A stretch of DNA of 64,000 nucleotides from Octopus sinensis (Eukaryota), in NCBI RefSeq assembly GCF_006345805.1, contig NC_043001.1, positions 7,254,001 through 7,318,000 on the forward strand, read 5' to 3'. The translations under genes were made by a program, and so were the position numbers. The notes under the pieces were generated by a model. It saw only the letters and a program-made list of their open reading frames with translations, did not search any database and was not told the origin of the DNA. Of the stretch, positions 27,890 to 42,564 are shown in pieces (position 1 is the first letter of the stretch; every line of letters starts with the position of its first letter).

Positions 27890-28120
27890 TATACAATTGC
27901 ATGAACTGTTCACCATTTTATTGTACCAAAGGTACCATCCACCTCTAACTGAATTCAGGACCAGGCACTGCAATATTGTAGGGTTCAAAGGCCGACAGAT
28001 TTTCAAAGCCTTGCCACAAAAATTCAGAAATCTGCGTAAGGTATTTAGTAGATGTCTTCAGAAATGAAGTAGACATCCACCTCTTCACAATACCGGATGA
28101 AATAACAGCCCACCATGATG
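27890..28120 (+). mobile_element. CR1/L2-type LINE 3' fragment
   Basis: [28 protein letters not shown] and [18 protein letters not shown]. Confidence 0.75.
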
Positions 28121-28389
28121 TATAGATGTGTGTGTGTGTATTTGAGTGTGTGTGTGTGATGAGATTTAGCTTGCATCCAGTCTTATTTTTGTTACGCGGT
28201 ATTTGCAAGGCACACAAATGACGACACATCCATGTTTATCGCTGTTGTAAGTTATCTAGCTTACCTATGATTCCAGGTGTTTTAGCACAATATTTATGAC
28301 TGTGAATATATTCTTTTATTTCTGGAAGCGAATCCTCCCTACGAACAAGCAAAATACAAACCTATGTATCTGTGTTTGATATTATTTGT

Positions 28390-29245
28390 ATCCCTCTAGC
28401 TGATACACATTGATATCTGAATATATAAACTGAGTTCAGCATCGAGTATTGTAGTTTTACTTTCGCTAAGCTTTAAGAAACGCTTTGGCGCGTCCACGAA
28501 TTTGAAAGTTGATGTATATAAGTCGGTTGTTTTGACATGGTTGCCATATCGGGCAGAATTTGCGACCCTGTACCGAAAGCACATCAACCAGTTTCATCAT
28601 CTTCATATGCGATGCTTGCGTACTATCTTCAACAGAAAATGGTGTGACCATATTCGAAACAGCGATGCGGTAATAAAATGCAACGTCCTGAAGACATCCG
28701 CATCTAATTACAGCTTAGATTATCAGGTCATCTTACTCTTATAAGTGGTGTCAGAATTGCGAAGCAACTCCCCTTTAACCATTTCCCGACTGGAAGGTCA
28801 TTTAGGAGGCCACTCTGGCAATTCAGAGATAAATATAAAGGCAATCTGAAGCGATGCAACTTTCCATTTTTATTCCTGGGAAAACGAAACATGAGAACGA
28901 AACACCTGCTGACAGTTTTGCTTCCCATGAGTTCCAAAATTTGTGGCAAATCGAATCCAACATCTAGAACAATCCATACAAGCATGGAGTCACGCTGGCA
29001 AAACGCTGCTCCTCTCAACCTAAAGCTTTGCGGCACGAAGCAAAGCAGGTCTTACCGTTTAATCAAGAAAATATATAGTAAGTGAACCAGAGATGCTCGA
29101 GAGGAATAAGTTCTTTCGTTTCATTTGGCATAAGTCTTGCAAGGCACCAGCAGAACTCAAGTGACACATTCGTATCTGTAGAAGAGTATTAACACCATAT
29201 TTTACAGATCCCCCATTTGTCGTTCTCAACGAGAGAGCCAATCAT
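28390..29245 (+). mobile_element. degenerate RTE-clade LINE 3' fragment
   Basis: KVDVYKSVVLTWLPY..TLYRKHINQFHHLHMRCLRTIFNRKWCDHIRN; C-terminal HKSCKAPAELK*HIRIC; ends at (TA)n. Confidence 0.8.
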
Positions 29246-29270
29246 ATATATATATATATATATATATATT

Positions 29271-30831
29271 GTTTGGCATCCTTTCTGTCTCGGGAGACAA
29301 TGGAGTTGCGCATTTTTTTTTTTTTCTAGGTCTAGTCCGGCTGTTATATTTTATTTCCTGTTACATTTCTTGCTGTGGCTGTGTAGTCCCATCCTGGACA
29401 AACACTCCCTCTGGCAGGTACTGCAAATGTAGCGAAGACTGTTCCTGGCTGATTGTAGTGCCATGGTCTCTTGTTTATGTCTCTTCCTTTCTTCCATTTC
29501 TCCTCCTCTTTCTGTCACTCCTCTGTATACCCTCTTTTACTGTACGTCGCCATTCTCCACGGTTGCCGGCGACTGCCTCCCAACCGCTAATGTTGATGTT
29601 GCAGGCCTTCATATCCCTTTTGCAAACATCCTTGTAACGCAAGATCGGTCTACCCACAGACCTAGTACCCCTAGCAAGCTCTCCGTAGAGTATGTCCTTG
29701 GGGATTCTGCCATCTTTCATACGGCTAACATGCCCAAGCCATCTCATACGTCTTTGTGTGAGGAGTGCAAACATGCTTGGTATTCCTGCTTGCCTGAGGA
29801 CATCTTTGTTGGGGATATGATTCTGCCATTTGATGTGGAGGATTTTTCGGAGGCAGCGCAGCTGAAAGATGTTTAGGCGACGCTCTTGGCGTGTGTATAG
29901 CGTCCAGGTCTCGCTTCCATACAGTAGAGTGCTGAGTACACATGCCTGGTAGATCTTCATTTTTGTGGTCTTGGTCAGCTTATTGTTGTCCCAAGCCCGT
30001 TTGGAGAGTTGGGCCATCGCAGCAGCTGCCTTGCCAATGCGTATATTGAGCTCAGCGTCAAGGGATAGGTTGTAGGTGACGGTAGAGCCCAGATAGGTAA
30101 ACTTCTCCACCTCTTGTAATCTGTGGTCTCCAATATGTATGTTTGGGATGTCCGATGTAGCCTGGCCCATGATGTTGGTTTTCTTAAGGCTGATAGCTAA
30201 GCCAAAGTCGTTACATGCTTGCTCAAAACAGTTAATGAGCCTTTGGAGGGCTTCTTCTGTGTGTGTTACCAGAGCGGCATCATCAGCAAATAACATCTCC
30301 TTGATCAGGACGTTTCTGATTTTGGTCTTGGCACGCAGGCGCGAGAGATTGAACAGTTTCCCGTCACTTCTACTGTGCAGAAACACTCCATCATCTGATG
30401 TCTGAAAGGCATGTGACAGCAAGAGTGAGAAGAAGATGCCAAACAATGTAGGAGCGAGGACACAGCCTGCTTTACCCCGTTTTTTATTTGGAAGGCGGCT
30501 GATGTTGAACCGTTGTGCTGTATGGTGCCTTGCATGTCATCATGGAAAGACTTGATGATCCTCAGCAGCTCTGGTGGACATCCGATTTTTTGGAGCAGGA
30601 GGAAGAGGCCTATTCTGCTTACCGAGTCAAAAGCCTTTGTTAGATCAATGAAGGCCATATATAATGGCATTTTCTGCTCTCTGGACTTCTCCTGAAGTTG
30701 GCGTATGGAGAATATCATATCGATAGTTGATCTGCTTCTTCTAAAGCCACACTGCGATTCCGGATAGATTCGAGAAGCAAGTAGTTGTAGCCTGGCCAGG
30801 ATAACGCGGGCAAAGGTCTTTCCAACAGTGC
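29271..30831 (-). mobile_element. 5'-truncated RTE-clade LINE, well preserved RT and C-terminal zinc finger
   Basis: FIDLTKAFDSV, GVKQ(G)CVLAPTLF with a 1-nt frameshift near 30470, LFADDAAL, LLYGSETW, CSTCQRECLSRMGLHSHSKKC then stop at 29351-29353; 3' end ccattgtctcccgagacagaaaggatgccaaac. Confidence 0.96.
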
Positions 30832-30832
30832 T

Positions 30833-31089
30833 TTAGTGAATTGAAGAAATGGAGTTGAACGAAGATTGAACAGAAATCGTTTTATTGCATTCTACACGTG
30901 TTTCGAAAGCCACAATTTCCCAAATTCCGATTGAATAAGGAGACCATATTGTGTCTTTCTCTTCAGGAAGAAATAGGAATTCCGTTGGCAAAAACAAAAA
31001 CAGAACAGAGGCGCAGCAAAACAAATCGAACGAGGCTCCTAAGAGCCCATGGCCGATCTTCGTTCAACTCCATTTCTTCAATTCACTAA
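30833..31089 (-). mobile_element. 257-bp element with perfect 34-bp terminal inverted repeats containing a hammerhead
   Basis: 30833-30866 is the exact reverse complement of 31056-31089. Confidence 0.85.
30890..30969 (-). ncRNA. type I hammerhead ribozyme with complete catalytic core
   Basis: UUC-CUGAAGA-GAAAG a CACAAU (31-nt loop) AUUGUG g CUUUC-GAAA-C ACGU GUA|GAA; palindromic stem III ACACGUGU; 3-bp stem I. Confidence 0.85.
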
Positions 31090-31871
31090 TAATATTAAAA
31101 TTCAATTATCCGCACCAACGCACGGTTGCAACACCATATGGTTGTACCTCCAACCATGCTGGTCTTCTGCTGTGCTTTTTGCTACCAAGGTATCGGTTAA
31201 ACTTTTGATTTATCTGCAACAAGATTATTCATCTTTCTATTCACCAAATTATATATATAGATATATATATATATTATATATATACATACATTATATGCAT
31301 ACATATAAATGTATAACTATAATTATGATTATAATTAAGGGTATAAGATACTAGAGATAAGTGTCAAAAATATTCAAATAAGCTATAGACATGAGTTCCA
31401 AACACGTGATATGGGTATATCTGAAAATTCATTCGAATCTTTTCCCAAGCAACGGTAGGTTGTCTTGTCACTTGCTTCTCGATATCGTTCTGCTTGTTAA
31501 ATTTTCAGTGCTATTGTGGCTTATTTGAGAAAGTATCGGCTCTTATTTCTAGCAAACTTGGTAATATCTGGTGCTCTTAATCATAGCTACGGCTATAATT
31601 ATAAATTTATAAATTTACCTTTTAACTTTTTATGCTTACTAGCCACTTACGTTCTTATTATTTATCAATAATATCGTTATTTATGTATACATACATATAT
31701 AGGTACACATACACACATACACGCATATATATGTATGTATGCAGTTATATGCATATATATATATATATACACACGCACACACACACATATATATATATAT
31801 GTATATATATATGTATATGTATATATATATGTATGTGTGTATATATACGTGTGTATGTGTACCTATATATA

Positions 31872-31933
<62 letters not shown>

Positions 31934-32161
31934 ATTTATGTGTATGTGTGCCTATATATGTTTCCATTTTATGTATACATTATATTTGAATAAATGGAGG
32001 GGGTAAGTATCTATGTTGTTTGCAAAAATAATCAATGATGAATATTTAATAGGAAAAAAACACTCCAGACATCTTTGATTTTTTATTCTTGAATATCACA
32101 TATTTCTATAAACTCTTTGATGTTGTATTGAGACAATCTATGGAATACCAGTTCTATATTT

Positions 32162-32614
<453 letters not shown>

Positions 32615-35134
32615 TGAAATATCATATCAGTACATCATTTTATATGCAATAAATTATACGATGTGCATTATTTAAAAACAAAAAGAAAATTCGAACCGTT
32701 CATTAATTGGTATTATTCATACAGTCGTTTGACGAATGCTGAGCTAATGTTTCCATTCTATAAACATGAACAAATGGATAAAATGCCAAAAGACTTTGTT
32801 TTTGAAGAAGTTATTTCGTGTTATAATATTTCGGATATCAATCTCAATTTGACAGAATTTACTCCTCGAGAGCTCCCGTGTGGCATTTTCTCCTTTCATA
32901 TTCTTGACGTTGATATTTAGCATCGTTTGTTTTCCTCTTACTCGAAATCTAAATAAAATGCCCCTTCTGTAACTTGCCCTTTCAATAGAATATTTCGGTG
33001 AAAATGTTTCATTAAAGTGAAAATTGTAATTAAATTAAAACTTGTAATTAACTAATCTCTGCATTTCAGATTTGTTAATTAACCTCTTTTATTGGATATT
33101 TATATATATCAAATAATTTCTTTCTTATTATTTATGGTGCCCTAGAACATGGATTTTTCTCATAAACACATGGATGGTTCCAATTAAATGTAGATTTTCA
33201 CCTTACAACATTGGATATGCACGACGCTTGTTCAGGCATTTACACATTGTGTATTGCTTAGCGCATAAAATTGCAAATGTTGTGTGAATAATTAACCGAG
33301 AAATATGTGTGTAAAGGAAGAAATTATGAACGATTTTGCAATATTCACTGTCACGATCCTTAAAGGATTTCAAAATATTCAGCTTAGGAAAACACAATGA
33401 TTATCAATTATAAATATTAGGTTGTTATAGATTGGTGAGCTGGCAGAATTGTAAGATTTCTAAGTCATGCAGTCGTAAAAGCAATATTGAATTTACGATA
33501 TGATGAATCTATTACTACAGAATCTCAAGACATACTTTCTTTACTTATGAAGAGACGGAAACAGGTAACCTTACAATGAGAAGTTAGAACGTATTTATGG
33601 TACGCATAACATAAATGTTTATGTTAGTAAAGCGGGCAGAGTTTTACTGATTGACAATACAAGCAGTCGGCGTTAATTTTATTTCCTCAGTTTCTTCAGA
33701 GATTTCATTTCCGTCACTCAAAAATACATTTGAAAATTTGAGGAATTTTAAATGATTGAATTAAAAGAATATGCGAAATAATTAAATTAAAATAGAAAAG
33801 TTTGGGAATGACAATTCATAATTACAATTTTTCTTTGTTTATTTTATTCATAAAAATATTTTCTAGCCACAAGACAGCAGTGCCGAAAACATATTTATTG
33901 TTCGTATAAACGCATGACACGAGAAGTGAACAAATCTAATTAAGCCTTGTTTTAGATTTTGAACGGTATTTCAAAATTGATTTTTTTTCTCCCTGAATTA
34001 AAATATTGTCATTAGAATTGAAAGGAAAACAGCCATTCTTTAGAAGTAAATGAATTATTTCAGATACCAATGAAAATGCTAACAAGAAAGTGATTCTTTC
34101 CATTGTGAATATTCATATATTCTCCATCATTAATTATTATTCTAATGAAGACGCTGTAATGCAAAACCGAATCTCAAATAAAATGGATGGAGCAGGAGGA
34201 AAACTCTGCAAATATTTTCCCGGAATAAAGGATGTATTTTTAGGATGAAACGTAAAACACTGAGATTATTAATTCTGTAGCAGTTACTAATTAAATCCTC
34301 TGAGTTTATTTCATTCAGAATTATTTAAATATTAATATTAATTAATATCTGTTTTCGGAGTGCTGTATCAGAAAATAACATGGCATTAACTTTTGAAAAC
34401 ATTCTTTATATTGGAATCGAATATGAATTCCGTGATGCATACGGTTCTACATAATTATTTACACAATTAGAAATATATTATTTATACAAAATATATACAT
34501 TCTGAGAATGTAATATATGCTATTATTGACTTGGATGTTTGCTGATCAAATTAAAAGAATCGATATTATTTATAATTTCTCTAAACTTTTTGGCCACAAA
34601 TACATAATTCAGATACTCCTACTGAATTAAATTTACTGCACAACACTACCACAGTAAAGATACAGAATAATTGAAAGGAGCCGTTTGCAAAAGCTCCACT
34701 GCGATAATGTAAGATAATTCACTTGGCAAATGTTATCGAATAGACACATACACACATTTGTCCATTACATTAAAATGCGTCAGCATTCCACATTGATTCT
34801 ATAAGCTAATTGTGTCTCGCATACGCTGAGGGATTCCTGAAACGTCGTCCCCCGCAATATCATTCTCACAAGACGAGCACTTGGTTGTGCATAAGTAGGA
34901 GGAAAGACGAAGTGGGAGGGAGATTTTTCTGCATTGCCGTGCATTATTGGAAAATTCAATACAATTTCAGAAAGTGGATTGTACAATATATTTTGTGCAG
35001 ACGAATATCTCCTTCTCTCTCTCTCTCTGTCACACACACACGCACGCACACTCACGCGCACACACACACACACAAACACACACATACACACACGCAAACA
35101 CACACACACAAAACTTTATATGTGTATTTAGGAG

Positions 35135-35410
35135 CATTCCGTCGGTTATGACGACGAGGCTCCCAGATACGATCAAGGGAATAGCTTGCTTGTGAGATTA
35201 ACACGCAAGTGGCTGAGCAAACCACAGTCACGTGCATCCTTAACGAAGTTCTCGGGAGGATTCAGCGTGACCCAGAGTGGGACAAGGGTGGCCAACTGAA
35301 ATAAAGGTACTACTAATTTTTGCCAGATGAGTAGAAATAAAGTGACTTGTTCAAGGATACATAGCGGCGCCAGGTTTTGAACTCACTATCGTGAACAGCA
35401 TGCCCTAATC
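35135..35410 (-). mobile_element. SINE body related to the family-3 tail
   Basis: ccgtcggttatgacgacgag..ttaacacgcaagtggctgagc..ttcagcgtgac, shared with 50610 and 60557. Confidence 0.7.
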
Positions 35411-35709
35411 ATTTAAAAAGGTGCCTTCATTATGTGAGTATGTGTGTGTGTCTGTGTGTGCACACATATATGCGTACACACACACTGATATATATATATA
35501 TATATATTCATAATATTAGCACCAAGCGGTTTTTCGCCATAAGCAAACTCTAGGTTTGCTAAAAGTATATTTCCGACCTATTTCAACTGCTTAAAGTACA
35601 ACTCATAGATACCACTGTAAATCTGCCTTTAGCGTTAGAAATGTCACATACGCATGCTAACTAATCTAAACTTTATTTATACATCATACATATATATAAT
35701 ATATATATA

Positions 35710-35795
<86 letters not shown>

Positions 35796-35981
35796 AGTGA
35801 GCAGGTCGCGGATTTTAGCGACGAAAATTTTGACAAATTAAACTTAAATGTTGAAGTGAATCGAACGGCTTTTGTGTTTCTTAATGGCTTATAAACACCT
35901 TCCACGCTGCAATTGTTTTCGTTTCAGCACGCAATCTCAGATCAAATTACTTGCTATGCGAGTACATCTCCAATATATATA

Positions 35982-36038
<57 letters not shown>

Positions 36039-36352
36039 GTATACATACACATATACATACGCTTGCACACACACAACACACACACATATAAATATGCATT
36101 ACTACATATAAATGCTTCACACTATGAGGGACTCTTCAAATCAAAACTACCATAATAAATAGAGTGTAACGAACGCGCGGATATGCAACTGTAGAATCGA
36201 GCTCCTATGAGTTTTTCACGCTGACCACTTGATACATCCTTATAAATATTTTATCCTATTTTATATTTATTTACATAGGCATATATATATATATATCTAC
36301 ATATATGTATATTTATACATTTATTGTTATATATATATATATATGCATGATT

Positions 36353-36465
<113 letters not shown>

Positions 36466-38361
36466 ATACATATATATATACACTTACGCATACATACACA
36501 CACACATATATACAAATAACAATTTTGGGATTCTGTCTAGATTATGAAACAATTGTTAAGTTATCTCTTCCATTCCTTTTCAATATAAATTCTACAGTTC
36601 TATAGATTTCTTCTACTCCAGGAAGTGTTCAATATCCTCCTGAATAACCTACGCCCATTTCTCTGATTTCCAAAGGAGATGACTAGCACCAAATTACCTT
36701 TCCTAGCTATAATGGTAATTAAAAATAATGCCACCATTACCAGAGATATATACTAGAAACACAGGGACACAAATCAATACGTGAATGTTAAGCATGCCAT
36801 CCACCACATACGAAACGCGACATCCCATAATGCCTAACCAAAGGAATATGTACTATCGTAGAACATGCAAATATCAGGAGCAACACATCACAGAACTAAG
36901 AGTATTTTTGCAACACGGCACAACATCGGACAGATATATTGCCCGATGCTGGGCCGGTATGAACTTGAGTTTTGGCCGATGTGAGATTTTGTTCTCTTGC
37001 ATCGGGTTGACATCGGCCCAATTTCATATTCACATCAAGGTGATATCTGTCCGATATCAAAATGAGGTTGGGCTGATGTATACTTTTTCAACTTGAGAAA
37101 TCTCAGTATCCGCCTGAGCCGATTTTGCCAAATGCCTGATCCGGCTTCGAAATACATTCAAAGATGGGCTAAGGAATTTATGATTAAACATTTATACGGG
37201 TTCGACATCGGCCACCTTTTATGCTCTCCATAACATTACAGCAGATCCCTTGCATGAATTGCTCTAATTCCAGCCTCACCCACCCATCGTTTGAAAATAA
37301 AAATGTAATATTGTTTCAGTTTACAGCCAAGTAGGACCACCCACTTCTAAACAGAAACAATATTAAATCTATTTTGAAGATGTAAATGTATGAGCATCGG
37401 TTTACATGGCATGTGTATGGGAATATCTGAAAAATCATGTAGAAACCGCTAGAAGAGAAGTGGAAAAGTAACAACTCATTTTACTTTGCAAGCCTCAAAT
37501 TTGTAGTGCTCTCTATGGACATATCTGAGAACCAACCCACACTTTCATGTAAGATGAAAGGTGGATTGTTTGTGAGGACTCAGTATTTTACGTGCGTTTT
37601 CTCGGGAACAGATATCCAGCCCCATTTCCAACGCATATAATAAAGTCAGCAAACATGGGGTGATCCTGTCTGTCAGATATGTTGATAAGCCCCAAGAGAA
37701 AAATAAATAAATAAATAAAATAAAATAAATAAACTAACATCTAAAAGGGATTCACTAACTATACTAATTATTAAAGAACTGATTGTTTGAAATCTGTAGA
37801 CAGGCTATCTGCAACTCTCCATATGGTAACCATTTCTGTAGAGTTTCATTGAGAAATTTGAAATATATTTTGAGTTGTGGAAGTTTATGTTGGTTTATTT
37901 TCTCTTTGTTTTTATCTACACGCATCCAAACAAATAATATGTCAAATGTTGATAACCACTCAATTATTAACTTTACATGTAAACACTATAATGTTTGTTG
38001 ATGCTGTAAAAAATTCGATTCTGACATATTTCATCTCATTTTAACATACCTTAAACTAAACGTGTGGATTGGTTTGGATGCAATTTTAGAAAATGACGCG
38101 AAATATTCTGCACTGAAACATATGATTTGCAATTATTTGTTGAACATTTCCCAAGTCGAAAAGCTTCACCATACATTATATTGAACTGGCGATATTTAAA
38201 AGCATTTTTAGCTTTATTTATGATACTAAATAAATCATGTGTTTTTCTAATCCTAACTTTTGACAGGGATATTGAAAGTTTTCGATGTGTAAAATGTAAG
38301 AGTTGCCTTTTGAGTTGCTTCCCCTGACGCTGCTTGTTTGTCCAGCATCAGCAGTAGAAGA

Positions 38362-38810
38362 CGAAATGGCCCAATGGTTTGGGCAGCGAACTGGTGGTCG
38401 GAGCATCGCGATTCCGATTCCCAAACTGGGCGTTGTGTGTGTTTATTGAGCGAAAACACCTAAAGCTCCACGAGGCTCCGGCAGGGAGTGGTGGCGTCCC
38501 CTGTTGTACTCTTTCGCTCCAAATTTCTCTCACTCTTTCTTCCTGTTTCTTCTCCCCGACGTCCTACGTAACCGCTGAGTCTGGATGCGCATTCACCCAT
38601 CCGACGATGCAATCGGTGTCGGGGATTGACCTGTTTTCTCTTCTGCGGGTCTTACGAATTGCAAAGGACCACGTTTCGGACTTCTCCCACTACAGAGACG
38701 CGATATTGCGAGCTCTGGGACGAAGACAGCTTCGCTCAACAAACAAAAAACAAACAAATATGCAGCAGCAGAACGACAGCAACCCGACGTCCACTCGTTG
38801 TGGAGTACTG
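38362..38810 (+). mobile_element. family-3 tRNA-derived SINE
   Basis: A-box-like tggcccaatggtt, decayed B box, then ttattgagcgaaaacacctaaagctccacgaggctccggcag as in the 51287, 60557 and 61688 copies. Confidence 0.8.
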
Positions 38811-38904
38811 TTTAAAAAATAATACAGTACTGTTACAAGTTGTTTTTTTATTTCATGGACGATTATAGTAGTATATAGAACTGACAATGAGAAATACAAC
38901 ACCT

Positions 38905-39028
38905 GAAGTAACTCCGATTTAATGTCGGGCCGATATTATTTGATGACGGGCCGATATCAGTAATAAAATTACCGATATTCCGCTGTTCACCCGATATCGG
39001 TCGGATATGGTCATGCATGCTGGCTGGG
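38905..39028. mobile_element. possible DNA transposon terminus (CTGGG end with clustered CCGATAT subterminal repeats)
   Basis: four ccgatat motifs followed by gcatgctggctggg; related catcgg/ccgat cluster at 36915-37215; partner terminus not found. Confidence 0.4.
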
Positions 39029-40429
39029 CAATCATATCTGCCACGTGATAACAGAGTCTAGCAGATTATATTCAGCTTTTGTAACCATGGTTTCTAATGA
39101 CGCAGACTGAAGGCATGTTCATTAGCAATACATTTTTAGACTTCTGAAGAGATTAACATTTTCACGCACTTATAAACACGCACATACATAAGCACGTGCA
39201 CGTAAATACATACACACACATATGTGTATATTCAGAGAGAGGGAGGGAGAAAGTGAGTGTGTATGTGTGTGTGTGTGTGCGAGAGAGAGAAAAGAAAAAG
39301 AGAGAGAAATACACACATAGAATGAAAGATTGACAGCCGACACATAATTAAACAAAGCGAGTGAAGGTATGCATGTGTGTACACACACACAGAATCACAT
39401 TCATGTAAACAAACACATATACACATACAAGCACACACATATATATATATATATATCTATGTAAACATTAGCTTATTTTGTATTCGTATTTATGTGTATT
39501 TTTGCGTAAGTACAAGTGTATCAGGTAGATACTAATAGTGAAAGAGAAGGTGGTGGTTTGTGGAAAGAGAGGGCGGCGGTTTGTGTAAGCTGGAGTGGGA
39601 ATCACATATTTCACTCAAAATCCGATTTGCTTGTTAATTTTCGAACTTTTTGCCACACAGACAGCATAACGTTATAACTATATATTTTTTTTTCCTATTT
39701 CTTTTCATTTTTATGTTTTTTCTCTTTATTCATCATTAAAACTGTAGAGATAAATTGTGTTCCCATCATTATCAGTATCAGCAATACTTCACTTCATATT
39801 TTCATTTACGTATTTTCTCTTTGCCATATTTTTAGCCTTGGGGGACTTTGCTATTTTTTCTCGTTTATTTGCGATTCATCTTTTTTTCTTTCTTTTAAAT
39901 AGTTTGACATTCTAATTTGATATGTTTATAATTTTTTCCTATATATTCGTTAATTTTGTTGCATACGTTCTTTTATTATTATTTTCCATATGTTGTTCTA
40001 TAAGAGTTTTAAAAAAAATACCATGCTGACTTTTAAACGAGATCATTAACAGTAAAATGAAGAAAACAGAAAGAAAATCGATATTTTGCCAAAAAAAAAA
40101 AAATACAACCCAAACATAAGAAATCAAACAAAATGATGAAAAATTCGAAGAAACTTGAATTTTACTATATTTTCTCTGTTTGGTAATGTATTTTTAATTC
40201 TACATCAATGAAATCAGATTTTATTTATTTTTGTTAACTGTTGATTTACACTTTTCTCTCTCTCTTGTTATATAATCCATAAATACACATTTTACTTATT
40301 TTTTAAATAAAGTCAACTTCTATTGATCGTATGATATCTTAAAAGTCACGTTTCTTTCTTTGCCGTCTTCCTTTATTTTTAGATATTTTAATCATTCATT
40401 TTCCTTTCCAAATTTCTTCCGCACACACA

Positions 40430-40469
<40 letters not shown>

Positions 40470-40512
40470 GAACATATTCGTGAAAACATACAAACAACCA
40501 CATAGTATGTAT

Positions 40513-40552
<40 letters not shown>

Positions 40553-40762
40553 TATTATAGTTATATGTATATATATTTATATGTAGGTATATATCTGCAT
40601 ATATCTACATATGTATGTATATATACAAGTATGTGTATATGTATTTATATGTATATATATATATAATATATCTATATTATATATATATATATAACACATG
40701 TATGCGTATATGTATTTATATGTATATATATATGTATATATGTGTATATATTTATGTATATA

Positions 40763-40821
<59 letters not shown>

Positions 40822-41739
40822 CATAAGCACACACACACACAACACACATATATATATATATATTATATATATATATAATATATATATATATATTCATACA
40901 TATATTCCAATTTATTTTCAAAATCTATTTCTATATTTATAATTTTTATTAGTAAATATAGTGTTTGGAAGTCCTCATTTGCTTCTATGTTACTTTGTTG
41001 AAATGTATTTAGTTCCTGCAATAAGTTGAAATTTGTGTGTAATTAAATGTTAAACATTGGCAGCAGTTACGAAGTCAATAAATGAGATGATTGGCTGCAT
41101 AAATATATATTTTCATTGGAAATAATTATGGTGAAAAAGAAACATGTATGGAAGACCTGAATTCAGTTAAACGTAACAGGTAGCGTCAATACTACATTTA
41201 TGTTATTCGCGTGTATCTGTTACCTAAGTACAAATTTAAGTTACGCTTGCACACGTAAGCAAATAAAAATATACGGGTTATAGTACACACAATAATAGAA
41301 AATAAAATGCCATTATCGTTAGTCGTATATTTTTCTAGAGAATTGTATTACACTTTAACTATGTCGTTCACAAATGTTGTGTTTGTGGTGCATGGATATA
41401 AAGCTTATATTTGTGTAACTCATTGTTTGCAATTAGGAAAATTTCAAAAATTTAAATCGGTAGAAACATTTGACTATACATTTATGCCATATTTTTGCAT
41501 TATTGGAATGCACCCGATCCGGAGCCACTATTTGTGGGGACTTAGTTGAAAACATCAGAAATTTAAGACTTGGAATGCTATCTTATGTGAATTATCGAGA
41601 AGGTTGACTGTCAAAGACATATGTTCTTGTGTGTGTGTATGCATATATATATATATATAATCCCCTTCATCAGCTGTCCCTAGCTCAACACCAGCGTGTT
41701 TCGTTCTGTTTCGTTTCGTTTCTTCTTCTTCTCCCAGTA

Positions 41740-41799
<60 letters not shown>

Positions 41800-41914
41800 A
41801 TATATATATATACATATATATACATACATATATTCATATATGCATATATTGCAGACACACCCAGTCATATATAATTGTTCAGGATTCGCATGCCTATGAA
41901 ATGGTCAGCAATGC

Positions 41915-42115
41915 GGGGAGCTGGCAGAAACCTTAACACGCCTGACGAAATATATAGCGGTAATTCGTCTGTCTTTACTGTTCAAATTCCGCGGAGGTCG
42001 ACTTCGCCTTTCATTCTTTCGAGTTCGATAAATTACGTACCAGTTGCGTTCTTCTGTCGATCTAATCCACTTGCTCCGTCTTCAAAACTTCGGGCCTTGT
42101 GCATAGAGTAGAAAA
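41915..42115 (+). mobile_element. family-1 SINE
   Basis: gcggggagctggcagaaac..gttcaaattccgcggaggtcgacttcgcctttcat. Confidence 0.8.
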
Positions 42116-42299
42116 GCATTTCACAAGACGGCTTCTTCCATTTATCGGATCAACTGAATCACTCGTCATCGTAGCACATGTAGAGCAGGGCCTACATACA
42201 TACATACACACACACACGCATATATGTAGATAATTATGTATGTATATGTGAATGCATGTATCTATATATATGTATATATGTACATACATACATTATATA

Positions 42300-42393
<94 letters not shown>

Positions 42394-42495
42394 TATGTTA
42401 TTATATATATATGTGTGTACACATATTTATACAGTGCTACGTTCCAAAACCTGTCGCGATTGGTGAAAATCTTCGAAGTGGTAACACTAATGTAC

Positions 42496-42526
<31 letters not shown>

Positions 42527-42528
42527 TA

Positions 42529-42564
<36 letters not shown>

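Noticed and set aside
34068-34153. Possible minus-strand exon (VFIRIIINDGEYMNIHNGKNHFLVSIFI)
   Set aside because: Weak donor, the opposite strand is also open, and the peptide is not recognisable.
37590-37700. DHPMFADFIICVGNG as a Helitron PIF1 helicase remnant
   Set aside because: A single short motif with no supporting neighbouring motifs.
38665-38698. Minus-strand ctgtagtgggagaagtccgaaacgtggtc as a hammerhead
   Set aside because: Two core mismatches, no stem I and a non-palindromic stem III.
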